Source: Octopus bimaculoides
Lineage: Eukaryota
Length of the DNA: 40,808 nucleotides
NCBI RefSeq assembly: GCF_001194135.2
Contig: NC_069006.1
Span: forward strand, 26,162,754 to 26,203,561
Direction of reading: 5' to 3'
A program made the position numbers and the translations under genes. Below the pieces are notes generated by a model. The model saw only the letters and a list, made by a program, of their open reading frames with translations. It had not been told where the DNA came from and ran no database searches. Below are positions 9,130 to 20,959 of the stretch, piece by piece (positions within the stretch are counted from its first letter, which is position 1; each line of letters starts with the position of its first letter).

Positions 9130-9425
9130 ATCACCATCATCGTCATTTAACGTCCGCTTTCCATGCTGGCATGGGTTGGACGGTTAGACTGAAGTCTGGA
9201 GAGCCAGGAGGGCTGCACCAGGCTCTAATCTGCTTTGGCCCTTCCTAACGTCAACCACTCTGCCAGTGTAGTGGTGCTTTTTATGTGCTACTGGTATGGG
9301 AACCAGTCAGGCGGACCAGGCATCGACGACGTTTGGATGGTGCTTTTTACATGCTACCGGCATGGGAGACAGTCTGGGGGTACTGGCATTGGCCATGTTC
9401 AACTGGTGCTTTTTACATGCCTTTT
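9130..9425 (-). mobile_element. RTE-related 3' end or non-autonomous retroposon with (ATG/ACG)n tail
   Basis: CATCATCGTCATTTAACGTCCGCTTTCCATGCTGGCATGGGTTGGACGG is the reverse complement of the tail at 13740-13793. It has three internal GGTGCTTTTTA(C/T)(A/G)TGC repeats. Confidence 0.8.
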
Positions 9426-9429
9426 TATG

Positions 9430-11019
9430 GTTTCTAATACTAACTTCAGGAAACCTACCAGCCAACTGTTCACTTACCGACCTGGTGGACACATTAGTCA
9501 AATTGATTACATCCTTGCCAGGAAATGAGAAAGATGGCTATTTATAAATGCCAAAACCTTCCCAAGAGAAGAATGCACCCCACAACATAGATTAGTAGTG
9601 AGCAACTTCAGGATCAGGGCTAAATGGATGCCCAGAAGATGGTCAGCATGGAAAAGAAGGGTCTGGAAGCTTAAGAATCCTACAAATGGACAGATTTAAG
9701 ACATGTTACTAGAAGCTTTTGACAAAATAGAGGGGCATATAGCATCACATGATGTGGAAGACAACTGAAGGTTTCTATGGGACAACCTGTTGAGGGCTAC
9801 TGACTAGATCTATGGATGGTGCAAAGTCCCCCCTCGACCCAAGGTAATGTGGTGGTGGTGGAACAATGTATGTAACAGGGCCATTCGGGAAAAGAAACAG
9901 GCATGGAAAGACTGGAAGAATGTTGGTAGCAGGGAACTGTATCAGATTGCCAGAAGGGAAACTAGGATACAGGTTTACTTAGTCAAAGGGGAAGCAGATA
10001 AGAAAAAATTTGCCAATGTTCTGTGTCGTGAGGACCAAAGACTGAAAGTGTTTTGTGTTGCAAGTCACAGGAGAGAAATGTGTCCACATGATGGCTCACT
10101 TGCATTTAATGAGGCTGCAAGGAAAGAGACTTGGAGACGCCACTATGAAAAGTTGCTAAATGAAGAGGATGAATGGGAGAAAGAGGGACCAGCTATCCAA
10201 GTTGACAGTACCTTGGTAGATAAAGCAATTAAGAGTACGAAGACAGGGAAAGCCCCTGGCCAATCAGGAATCACTGCAGAGATGCTCAAAATATCTGGCA
10301 GTGTTGGCTATAATCTCGTCACCTGTAAAGTCAATCAGGTGATACATGAAGGAGTCATACTCAATGACTGGTGTAGCAGCACCATAGTCAACTGCTACAA
10401 AGGTAAAGGTGATGCTTTAGATATAAATAATTACAGAGGTATAATTAGATATAAATAATTACAGAGGCATAGAGTTGTTGGACCAGGTAATGAAAGTCAC
10501 AGTGAGGGTCGTAGCCCAACTAATCAGGGAGGGGGTCAGTCTGGATGAGATGCAGTCTGGGTTAGGGTTAGGGGAAAGCACCACTGAAGGGCCTTAGAGT
10601 CAACCTAGCAAAAACAAAAGTCTTAATAAGTAGGAAGGCAGACAAACCACAAGTCCCTTCAGGTAGGTGGCCCTGGTCGATCTGTAGAGAAGGTGTAGGT
10701 AGAAACTCCATAAGATGTACCCAGTGTAAGCTATGGACACATAAGAGGTGCAACAATATCAAAGGAAGGCTAACTGGGAAGATAGCTTTTGTGTGTGGCA
10801 AATGCTCAGGGGCAATAAACACTGAAAATGTGCAGAAGTTGATACCTAAGCAACCAAGTCAGTAGCAGGGGTGGCTGCTCTGAGGGTGTAGGAGCTAGAA
10901 TAAGAATAGCCTGGGCAAAGTTCAGAGAGGTCCTACGTTTGCTGGTGACAAAAGGCCTCTCGCTCAGAGTAAAAGGTAGACTGTATGACACATGTGTGCG
11001 AACAGCCATGCTACATGGC
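9430..11019 (+). mobile_element. Decayed RTE-clade LINE ORF2 fragment (APE C-terminus, linker, RT N-terminus, deleted RT core, PHD-like finger, YLx region)
   Basis: APE motifs SQIDYILARK and TPQHRLVV. RT-proximal KAPGQSGITAEMLK and YKGKGDALDINNYRGI. After a deletion at ~10586 come GLRVNLAKTK and YLSNQVSSRGGC..IRIAWAKFRE..SLRVKGRLYDTCVRTAMLHG. Multiple stops and frameshifts. Confidence 0.92.
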
Positions 11020-11680
11020 CTGTGCCAGTGCTGTATAACTGGGCAATAAACTGCACTTGCAGAAGCTGAAGGGTTGTAGAAGATACAGTGTAAAAATTAT
11101 TCATATCCAAGAACCCTAAGTATTTAATTTTCCCTCTGTTTCATTTTACACGTTTTTACAAAAAAATCTCCAAAATCTTTCTGTCAATCAATAAGCAAAA
11201 GATATTTTTAAAATCTATTAAACATCAAAAACAAATTGGTAAAGCTTCATCGAAACAGAAACAGGGTTTTGTGAACAGTATTATAAAAAAGACATTACTC
11301 ACTTTTTAAAAGAGCAGTGAAAAATGTTTTTTTCAAAAGGGGTGTCGCATTTTTGTTATCAGTTGGTGTCAAGAAGGTCACCAGGCGTTACTTTCATCTG
11401 CCATTGGCTTATCAGTTACCGTCCTTCCCTATCCACTCGCTTGTCAGCACCTGTGAGAACAAAGGAGAGAGAAAAGTGAAACCTCGCAGAACCAAACAAT
11501 ATCTTAGTTTTTTTGCAGATCTTTTATTTCTTTACTATTTTTATAACACTAAATCCATGCGACTAGGAGCCAGTTGGCTTTTGCTTTTCCTAGGCAGCAG
11601 TAATAACAAAAATTCCAAAAGTGATAATATAAATTTAACCGGTTTATAACTTTAACTTTGTTAAATCAATTTTTCAATAC

Positions 11681-11733
11681 CCTTATGGAGTTTCTACCTA
11701 CACCTTTTCTACAGATTGAGCAGGGCCATCACC
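11681..11733 (-). mobile_element. ~50-bp RTE ORF2 fragment, inverted relative to 10666-10714
   Basis: The reverse complement GGTGATGGCCCTGCTCAATCTGTAGAAAAGGTGTAGGTAGAAACTCCATAAG compares with GGTAGGTGGCCCTGGTCGATCTGTAGAGAAGGTGTAGGTAGAAACTCCATAAG. Confidence 0.85.
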
Positions 11734-11742
11734 AGTCATTGG

Positions 11743-11844
11743 GTATACATACATACATATACATACATACATATACATACATACATATATACACATATAC
11801 ATACATACATATATACACACATACATATATATACATACATACAC

Positions 11845-11875
<31 letters not shown>

Positions 11876-11952
11876 CATACATATACATACATACATATAC
11901 ATACATATATATACATATATATACATATATATATACATATATATATATATAC
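11743..11952. repeat. (TACA)/(TA) compound microsatellite
   Basis: Direct reading; it is the source of several YIHT/MYVC artefact ORFs. Confidence 0.95.
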
Positions 11953-12716
11953 ACGTAACGTATGTATGTATATCTCCTTTTATACATTTTGCCCATGTCT
12001 TTTACCAATATATATAAAGATCAGAGATTAAAGCAAAAAAAAAAAAAATTGGTTGCTTTATAAACAAACTCTGTTGCACTTTGCTAAACACACACATAGT
12101 TTGTCACTCTCAGCACCAAAAATAGTGTCAACCAGTGATTGGTCCATCAGGAGCCAATAACATTTTGCTTCACCGATTTGTAATATAACCCTTTGTAAGA
12201 TTACACTACTCTCTCAAATACGCATCCTCATTTATAAATTCACGTTGATATAGGTTTTTTTATGTGCATATGGATATATATTTGTATACACACACTTGTG
12301 TATGTCTATATATGTTTGCATAAACATATTTGTGTACACATGCTTGTGTGTATGTGTGTATAGATATATGTTTACATAACTGTGTGTGTGTGTGTCTCAA
12401 TGTTATTTGTCCCAACATGCAAGCCCATTGCCCTGCTTCATTAAAGCTTCTTGTTTAAAATGAAGAAAATGGAATTGTAGAAGTGCCATTTAATGAATGC
12501 AGCTAAATTTAGTTCCGTGTTAAGTTAACGGTGTTCTTCTAATTCTTGTAATGTCTACTTAAACGAACAGCCGTGTCGTCTCAATGTCTGCAGAATTGCA
12601 CAGCTGAACACCTCCAGTTTTAAATACACCGTGTCACCATTTGCTGCAACTGCTTATTATTGGCAGTAACAAGCTCGCTTACATTTATGTGTGCATGCGT
12701 ATGTTTTGGCAGGGCA

Positions 12717-12758
<42 letters not shown>

Positions 12759-12840
12759 GTACATATCACCACTTGCATACATGTGTGTAAGTGAATGAGA
12801 ACATACACTACACACACACATACCCAAACAACATATATAT

Positions 12841-13183
12841 GGCACAGGAGTGGCTGTGTGGTGAGTAGCTTGCTTCCCAACCACATGGTTCCGGGTTCAG
12901 TCCCACTGTGTGGCACCTTGGGCAAGCATCTACTATAGCCTTGGGCCGACCAAAGCCTTGTGAGTGGATTTGGTAGATGGAAACTGAAAGAAACCTGTCT
13001 ATGTGTGTGTGTCCACTCACCACACCATCATTGACAACCGATGCTGGTGTGTTTATATCCCTATAAATTAGTGTTTCAGCAAAAGAGACTGATAGAATAA
13101 GTACTGGGATTGATTTCTTCGATTAAAGGTGGTGCTCCAGCATGGCTACAGTCAAATGACTGAAACAAGTAAAAGAATAAAAG
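12841..13183 (+). mobile_element. SINE family B, full length (tRNA-derived head, TG-rich middle, A-rich tail)
   Basis: Head GGAGTGGCTGTGTGGTGAGTAGCTTGCTTCCCAACCACATGGTTCCGGGTTCAGTCCC with box-A- and box-B-like motifs. Tail GGTGCTCCAGCATGGCTACAGTCAAATGACTGAAACAAGTAAAAGAATAAAAG. It resembles the tRNA-derived octopus SINEs (OK/OR types); I do not assign an exact family. Confidence 0.92.
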
Positions 13184-13793
13184 CGTTAGCTCGCAAGGAA
13201 TGAAGCCAGTATGCTCCGTTGGATGTGTAATGTCAATGTGAATACCCGTCAGAGTGTAAGTATCTTGAGAGAAAAGCTGAACATTAGAAGCATCAGTTGT
13301 GGTGTGCAAGAGAGACGATTGCGCTGGTATGGACATGTGGTGAGAATGGATGAGGATAGCTGCGTGAAAAAGTGCCACACCCTAACAGTTGAGGGAACCC
13401 GTGGAAGAGGTAGGCCCAGGAAGACCTGGGCTGAGCTGGTGAGGCAAGACCNNNNNNNNNNNNNNNNNNNNNNNNNNNNNNNNNNNNNNNNNNNNNNNNN
13501 NNNNNNNNNNNNNNNNNNNNNNNNNNNNNNNNNNNNNNNNNNNNNNNNNNNNNNNNNNNNNNNNNNNNNNNNNNNNNNNNNNNNNNNNAAATGTGGCCGT
13601 TTTCGTGCGGGTGACACGTAAAAGCACCCACTACACTCTCCGAGTGGTTGGCGTTAGGAAGGGCATCCAGCTGTAGAAACTCTGCCAAATCAGACTGGAG
13701 CCTGGTGTTGCCATCCGGTTTCACCAGTCCTCAGTCAAATCGTCCAACCCATGCTAGCATGGAAAGCGGACGTTAAACGATGATGATGATGAT
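13184..13793 (+). mobile_element. 5'-truncated RTE LINE 3' end (ORF2 C-terminus, 3' UTR, (GAT)n tail), young copy
   Basis: MLRWMC..LREKL.IRSI...VQERRLRWYGHV.RM..VEG.RGRGRPRKTW is the typical RTE ORF2 C-terminus. It ends CCAACCCATGCTAGCATGGAAAGCGGACGTTAAACGATGATGATGAT. Gap at 13452-13588. Confidence 0.93.
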
Positions 13794-13812
13794 ATATATA
13801 CATACACACACA

Positions 13813-13968
13813 ACAGGCTTCTTTCAGTTTCCATCTACCAAATCAACTCACAAGGCTTTGGTCAGCCCAATGCTATGTTAGAAGGTACTTGCCCAAGGTG
13901 CCATATAGTGGGACTGAACCTGGAACCATGTGGTTGGGAAGCAAGCTTCTTACCACACACCCGCGCCT
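13813..13968 (-). mobile_element. SINE family B 5' half
   Basis: Reverse complement of 12841-13000. Confidence 0.88.
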
Positions 13969-14094
13969 ACGCTTTGTAGAATATCTAAAATATTCACAAC
14001 AAACATTAATTGTAATCAGTGTCAGAGATTTTGTGAAGGCAACTGACACAGCCTCTCCCTCCATGCCAATCCAATAAGAAATGCCATAGGCATC

Positions 14095-14210
14095 ACTGTA
14101 TGATTAAGAAGTTCACTTTGAAGTCAGATGGTTTCAAGTTCTGTCCCACTGGGCAGCACTTTGAGCAAATGTCTTTTACTAAAGTTTTAGGACAAAACTG
14201 TATGGAGCCC

Positions 14211-14256
<46 letters not shown>

Positions 14257-14475
14257 TGTGTGTGTGCATGCATCTGTGTGTCTCTCAAAAGTGCTCGACA
14301 GTCTATGTTGGTTTGTTTACAGCCTCGAAACTCAAAGGTTTCACAGAAAAAGACTTACAGAGTAAATACCAGACTTCAAATAAGGACTCTGGTCAAACTG
14401 TTCAAATAAACACCTCAAAATGGTGCTCCAGTATGACCACAGTCCAATGACAGAAACAAGTGAAAGAGTAAAAGG
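14095..14475 (+). mobile_element. Old, diverged SINE family B-like copy with an internal (AG)n tract
   Basis: Degenerate head ..AAGAAGTTCACTTTG....GATGGTTTCAAGTTCTGTCCCACTG and tail GGTGCTCCAGTATGACCACAGTCCAATGACAGAAACAAGTGAAAG. Confidence 0.65.
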
Positions 14476-14934
14476 GGTGGAAATACCTAAATCTATTCCC
14501 AAATGGTTTCCAGGGACAGAGAATATGAAAGTAATGTCAACTTCCATCGTCATTCTGATGTGAAGGTCAAATCAGGATTGATAAAGAAGATATCAAATAT
14601 AGTGTTTTTCTTTTCTTGAAAACAGTCTATCTAGGACTACATTATTGAATGTGTTCTTTTTAAAAAAGAAAGTCTGTCAGGTATGACTTGCAAAAGATTA
14701 GCTGTGATTTCTAGCAAGTCGGGTGACCACTTAGAGGCCCCAACCTTTACTCATTAATGTTTGTGGTAACGTCAGTGTGTAAGAGTCACCTGAACAGGTT
14801 AACGACAGATGTTGTGAGAAATTAATTGGTTAATGGGTCTTAAAATATGCAAAATTTGATAATTATTTGGCTTTTGACAAAAGTTAGTGTCACTTAAATA
14901 GAGGCTGTTATTGTGTAGCATGTACCCTGATTAA

Positions 14935-15195
14935 ATGGGAGGGGGTAGAGAGAGAGAGAGAGAGAGAGAGGCAAATAGATAAACAAACAGACACACAGAG
15001 AGGGCAAGACAGATAGAGAGGGAAAGGTAGAAAGAGATAGGTAGAGAGAGAGAGTGTGTGAGTGAGAAAAAGGGAGAAAGACAGACAAACATGGAGAGAA
15101 AGAGAGCGGGAGAAGAGAGAGAGGGAGTGAGGCGGAGAGAGAGAGAGAGAAAGAGGCAGAGAGAGAGAGAGAGAAAGAGGCAGAGAGAGAGAGTT
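14935..15195. repeat. (AG)n-rich purine tract
   Basis: Direct reading. Confidence 0.9.
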
Positions 15196-16739
15196 GGGTG
15201 TCAGACACAAATTGAGAGAGAAGACATTTTATTGGTAAAACTGAAAATCCAAGAAGCTGATATGATTCTGTAATTCTAGAAACATGACCAAACACTAAAT
15301 TCTAAATTGAAAACATTACTCTTTGCAAAACAATCAGATCATATTATTAAAATGATTAATTTATGCTTAATTAATGCTTTTTTTTCCCCTCTTTTCTAAT
15401 ACTTCATTAACTTATTTTTGTTGTCTTTTGGTTTGTTTTTTCTTTTCCTTTTTTACATCTTGGAGGAAGTCTTTTATTTTCTCTTGCTAAATTCTAGACT
15501 TCTTTCTTTAATGTCAAGTGGTTTAGCTAAGAATTACAATCGGTGTTTTATTTTACTTAACAGCAAAATGCTTGCAGTGTCGGGTGGCCGAGAGAGAATC
15601 GGTTCAGAGAAATGGTGACGGAAGCGGGGGGAGGGGGGCTTATTTTGTCACCAACAGTTTTGCTTAGTTTAAAGGCGGCAAAGTCTGAATGGCAGCAACG
15701 AAATTATTCAACACTCTCTCTAGCTTATCTTAAAGAATTTTGCTGTTAAACACAAGAATCACCAAAAATGAAAAAGACACACACACACGAACCTCCTACA
15801 CATACTATATGTATGTATAAATATATATTGTAGGTGTTTTAACAGCCTCAATCATATTTAATGACAATAATAGTTTTCCTTTTGATGATACATCGCTAAA
15901 CACCTACCTAATTTAATTATATATATATATATATATACACACACAAGATATCTTGCGATATTTTAATCTTTTATATATTTGTATATCTATTAATACAATA
16001 TTATTTTAGACGTATATCTTCTGCGATCATATCTTACTTTATAATCGCTTTTATGCCTAAATACCTTTAACGTTTTAGACATTTCCCTACCAAGAGCACT
16101 TATTCGAAATTCAGTATATTGTATTCTCATTGAATATATTTGATTATATATATACTGAGGGTGATAAATTGAATATATACACACACACACGATGGCTGTC
16201 AATAATTAATAATATTCAATAATTAATAATATTCAATAGGACTCGTAAAAATTGAAGAGGTTTTTACAGACTGCTTACATTTTTGTGGTTCTGCTTCAGC
16301 ATTTTGCTTTCACACATATCTGACTTTATTTCCGGAAGTAGATGTTTCCTCAATCGGGTGTTTGATAATAAAATGAATGACCGTAAGGTGAATCACCAAA
16401 AAGTGATTCAGCAACCTGTTGAATATATTCCCGTTGCCTTAGGTGCAAACACTTATAAACCAGCTGTTTATAAGAGCAACATCCAAAATATTATTTTTTA
16501 AAAACTGCATTGGCCATCGTCTACTGCTTACTTCGACTGAATAAAGCCTTGCTATTTGGTCAACCTTGCTATTTTGACCCACCTCATTTTTGTTATAAGA
16601 AAAATACAGTGTCAGACTTCTTGGGGGTTATTTTCAGAAGAAACTCAAAACAACAATAAACTTCGAATTAACCCTGTAGTTATGCTAATGTTGTTACATG
16701 TATTTATAAAAAAAAAAGCAGGTACAAGTTCCAAAAGTT

Positions 16740-16940
16740 GCCGACAGGTCGTCAACTGACGCGTTTGGACCTTTTTTCGCAGTTGGTACAAAACAACTTA
16801 TGATTTATAAAGTAAACAGAAATCATAAAAGTATGAAAAATCAAGCACCATGATGTCAAAATCTACAATAGTTTTTGAATTGTGTGCAATTAAGATTTCA
16901 AAATGCCTCAATTGACGCAATCGGTCCTTCCTAGTGTTAA
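16740..16940. mobile_element. Possible piggyBac-type element terminus
   Basis: Ends in CGGTCCTTCCTAGTGTTAA, with related subterminal motifs CAACTGACGCGTTTGGACC and CAATTGACGCAATCGGTCC. I did not find the partner TIR. Confidence 0.3.
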
Positions 16941-17122
16941 AGGAGCAAGTCCCACTCCCCCTTTTTTTTTCCTTTGTGTTCCTTCAACTTACATCGTCCT
17001 AAGCTACACTTGTTCATAATGATGTAATTTTCAACAGCGAATGTCATGGCTGGAAATTTGTCTTTAAAAACCAACAATCTTCCTCCTCGCCACAGAGTTG
17101 CTCGCATAAAATATACATATAA

Positions 17123-17294
17123 TCTTTTAGCTGTTTCAGATATTGGACTGTGGTCATGCTGCCTTGCAGGGGTTTAGCCATGCGAATCGACCCCAGTGCT
17201 TATTTCAAGTCTGGTACTTATTCGAACAGTTTCTTTTGCTGCATCGCTAAGTTACTGAGACGTAAACAAACCAACACTGATTGTTAAACGATGG
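17123..17294 (-). mobile_element. SINE family B 3' half, diverged
   Basis: CTGTTTCAG...GGACTGTGGTCATGCT..ATCGACCCCAGTGCTTATT..CTGGTACTTATT..GCTAAGTTAC..ACGTAAACAAACCAACAC. Confidence 0.75.
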
Positions 17295-17399
17295 ACACAC
17301 TAATATTAATACCTCTTCAGACACCATATTACACCACCTTCACGAGACCCTAATCTAACAAACACCCTCATACTCAGCTAAACCCCATCCCCTATGATA

Positions 17400-17645
17400 T
17401 GTCGTCGAATTGTTGGCACGACTTTGCAAGATGCTTCGCCATATTTTGTCTGTCTTTAAATTCTGTGTTCAAATTCCGTTGAGGTTGACTTTGCCCTAGA
17501 ATAGCCAGAGATGGGGGCAGAAGTGATTGACAGAATAAGTACCAGGCTTTAAAAAAAGTACTAGAGTCGATTCATTCAACTAAAAGTTCTTTAAGTCTGT
17601 ACTCCAGCATGGCCGCAAGCTAATGACTGAAACAAATAAAAGATA
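17400..17645 (+). mobile_element. SINE with family A head and family B tail
   Basis: GTTCAAATTCCGTTGAGGTTGACTTTGCC (A head) is followed by GATTGACAGAATAAGTACCAGGC..CTCCAGCATGGCCGC..GACTGAAACAAATAAAAGATA (B tail). Confidence 0.6.
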
Positions 17646-18879
17646 CCATTTATCTACAATTCTGTTGCGATACTCTTTGAGAGACAATTCTTACCTTAAT
17701 CATTAAACTGTGAAGAACTGGTAAAATTTCGCGAAGCCACAGCCATTCTAAGACTTGTTACACCAATCTCAACCAAACCAACAATATTTGGTGGAATAAT
17801 TCTCCAGGAATTGCGTTCGTTTTCATTTTTTGGTTTACTGTAAAATTATTTTCCTTTCAACACCATATCGTGTCTCTCTCTCTCTCTGTGACTATTACTC
17901 TTACATGAATGACACACTGAAGTGGTTGTATAAAAACGTGGAAGTGTTTTGATGAAAAACGAAATGTTCCGAAGGGAATCGCTCAGAATTGGGACAAACT
18001 GTTAATAACGTGAAGGATTCATATTCCTTGAAAGACATTTCCTCAAAAATTTTCAATATTTTTACAATTTCTATTCTATTTCACAACCTTTGAAGATTTG
18101 TCTTTTGCTGTGAAAGAACTACAGAAAACTACACGACTAATTTAAAATATCAGAATCGAGAAATTTTTCTGCAAGTTTCCACTTCGTGAACTCCCCACCC
18201 CACCCCTCTGCGACCTTATTTACTTCACCAGAACATTAAAATAACCAAACTTAGTTCCACCATGGTAAGCTAGTCGTATAACATCATTAATAAACCGAAC
18301 CTATTCACTTGATTAAATAAAGAAACAGCTACCGTTTTTGTGGTGCCATAACGTTAAAAGAAGCAATAAATTCTTGCAGGAAAATAAAAGAATTCTTGTG
18401 TTGAAAGATGTAAATATTCATGTTCTTTACTCTTTTACGAATCTGTATCAATATATCGATCTCTTTGACTCAATATCCAATTAACATACACCAGGGAATC
18501 ATGAATTTTGACAACCAAATACGGCAACAACTTTTATAGAAATTTCATTTGCACTTTTCACTCATTCGGTACAAAGAATATTGTGATAGAAATATTTCTT
18601 TTTAAAACCAGAACCATTCTTTTTGCCAGGAATTCTTTGAAGAGCTTGCGTCACTTTTGCCCTGTTTAAACATAATAACTTAAGAATAACAAGTTATAAA
18701 GATTATATCTGTGTCTGCATAAAAGTGTCTACTTCATCAGTGTGACACCAGACATACATACATACATGTGGGTGTGAGTGTGTGATAGAGGAGGGGAGGG
18801 AACCATTAAAACACAGGCCAAAAAGAATTATAATATACTCTTCAACAAAGACTGGCTGTTTTTCTGTTAATGAATGACT

Positions 18880-19178
18880 AATGACCGAGAAGTGGTGAGA
18901 CGCCACGCTGGGACAGAGCCCTCCTAGTAATGCCAGCAGAGTAAGAAATGTTGTACTCAAGAAGACCTGCCCACCACCACAGAATTGAGATCCTAAAACC
19001 AAGATGCCACATAAAAAGCACCAAGCACATCCTGTGGGGTGGTCAGTATTAGGAAGGGCACCCAGAAACCAAGTCATAACAGACTCTGGAACTGGGCATG
19101 GGCCCCTGGCCTTGCCAGTTCCTGTCGAACCATCTAATCCATGCCAGCCAGGGAAACATTGAATGATGATGATGATGG
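18880..19178 (+). mobile_element. RTE-type 3' end, diverged subfamily, (GAT)n tail
   Basis: ..ATAAAAAGCACC..GGGGTGGTCAGTATTAGGAAGGGCACCCAG..GAACCATCTAATCCATGCCAGC..TTGAATGATGATGATG parallels 13620-13793. Confidence 0.7.
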
Positions 19179-19313
19179 TTTGAAACAGCTGGATTTGGTG
19201 AATCACACCATTTTAAATAATAATACATGTGATTCCCACTGAATGTGTTGAGTGTCTTTTTCTCTTTTTGTTTGCCCACTCACTCATATGTATACAGATA
19301 TATATATGTATAC

Positions 19314-19356
<43 letters not shown>

Positions 19357-19783
19357 TGTATATACATACACATACATACATATACATGTGAGTTTATACA
19401 TGCAGATATGCACATATAAAAACATATGCCTATATATATATATACATATATCTATATATATATAATGCACACACACACATGCATATCTAAAAATAGCAAG
19501 AAAGTGCATGAAAAAGAAAGAAGATAGATTAAATTTGTCGATAAAAATATATATTGAAACAGAAAGCAAAAAGTTTATTATTGTAAGAGAAAACCAAAGC
19601 ATATATATATATATATATATATATATATTACGTGTGTATGTGTGTCCCCACAAAATATACTTTCCAGAAATGATCTCTTATATATTTAATATAAGGACTA
19701 AAAATCATTGGCAAATATTGTTCTTACTATTTATTTTCATTAAACAAAAACAGAATATAGTGGAAATAAAGCATACAATGGCA

Positions 19784-19814
<31 letters not shown>

Positions 19815-20090
19815 TATACTATATTATATTTTATTATGAGTATACAGTGGTATATATATTATATTATGAGGAGAAGATTTATAGAAACTCATATAGATTA
19901 AAAATGTAGAGGTTTGTTTCAAAAATTTGATTTCTAACACAGCCAATAGTTAAATTGATAACATTTTGTGTGACATCATTGCTTAATCTTGTAAATAGAT
20001 ATCTATATTCAGGCTGGGAATATTGAATGTTCTTGATAATAAGCTGCTTAGAACTGGTGGTGTCAAAAATGTGTGTGTGTGTGTGTGTGT

Positions 20091-20463
20091 ATTCTTTTAT
20101 TCTTTTACTTTTTTCCGTTATTTTGACTGCGCCCATGCTGGAGCACTGCCTTCAGTGGAACAAATTGACCCCAGGACTTATTCTTTGTAAGCCCAGTACT
20201 TATTCTATCAGTCTCTTTTGCCAAACCCTAAGTTACAGGGATGTAAACATTTCAGCATCAATTCTCAAGCAATGGCAAGGGGACAAATACATATATATAT
20301 ATGATGGGCTTCTTTCAGTTTCCATCTTTCAAATCCACTCACAAGGCTTTGATTGACCTGAGGCTATAGTAGAAGACACTTACCCAAGGTGCCACACAGT
20401 AGGACTGAACCTGGAACTATGGGTTGGTAAGCAAGCTATTTACCACACAGCCACACCTGCGCC
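20091..20463 (-). mobile_element. SINE family B, full length
   Basis: Reverse complement of 12841-13183 from tail to head (..TTACCACACAGCCACACCTGCGCC). Confidence 0.92.
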
Positions 20464-20623
20464 CATTCATATAAAAAAAATCAAAGATATAAAATCCTTT
20501 AAAAGGGACGTCAGCATCCAAGTTGCCTGGTTTTACCCAGTGAAAAACCAAAGCTGTTAGCTTCACATTGATGGATACGTGCTTATTCAGTGTATTTCTC
20601 CATCTTCTTTTTCTCATATATAC

Positions 20624-20663
<40 letters not shown>

Positions 20664-20816
20664 ATATAGATTGGTCCGTATGTCTAGGTTCAACAAAAAA
20701 AGCATACTTCATCTAACAAGAGTAAGTATTGTGTTTCATGACCACCTCACATGTATGGCCACATGTATGACCACCTTACATGTATGGCCCATGCTACTAA
20801 AAGTTTCACGCACATG

Positions 20817-20959
20817 GAACTGGTACTTAATTTATTGACCCCAAAAGGATGAAAGGCAAAATCGACCTCAGCGGAATTTGAACTCAGAACGTAAAGATAG
20901 ACGAAAAGCCACAAAGCATTTTGCCTGGCATGCTAACGATTCTGCCAGTTTTCTGCCTT
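20817..20959 (-). mobile_element. SINE family A
   Basis: The reverse complement reads AAGGCAGAAAACTGGCAGAATCGTTAGCATGCCAGGCAAAATGC..TACGTTCTGAGTTCAAATTCCGCTGAGGTCGATTTTGCCTTTCATCC. Confidence 0.88.

Noticed and set aside
9847-10458. 203-aa ORF as a functional gene
   Set aside because: It is a stop-to-stop remnant of a decayed RTE ORF2, terminated by a 28-bp duplication. 13211-13621 is likewise a truncated RTE end.
10559-10573. Telomeric TTAGGG doublet beside the RT deletion
   Set aside because: Only two units, lying in register within RTE coding sequence (MQSGLGLGEST). Chance substitution is sufficient to explain it.
11658-12017. YIHT/MYVC/IYIY-rich ORFs here and at 19.2-19.9, 23.2-23.9, 29.5-30.6, 32.5-32.8 kb
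   Set aside because: These are translations of TA/CA/TACA microsatellites.
12841-12915. tRNA gene
   Set aside because: Box A/B-like motifs are present, but there is no complete cloverleaf and the sequence continues into a repeated SINE body. All tRNA-like heads in the window are SINE-derived.
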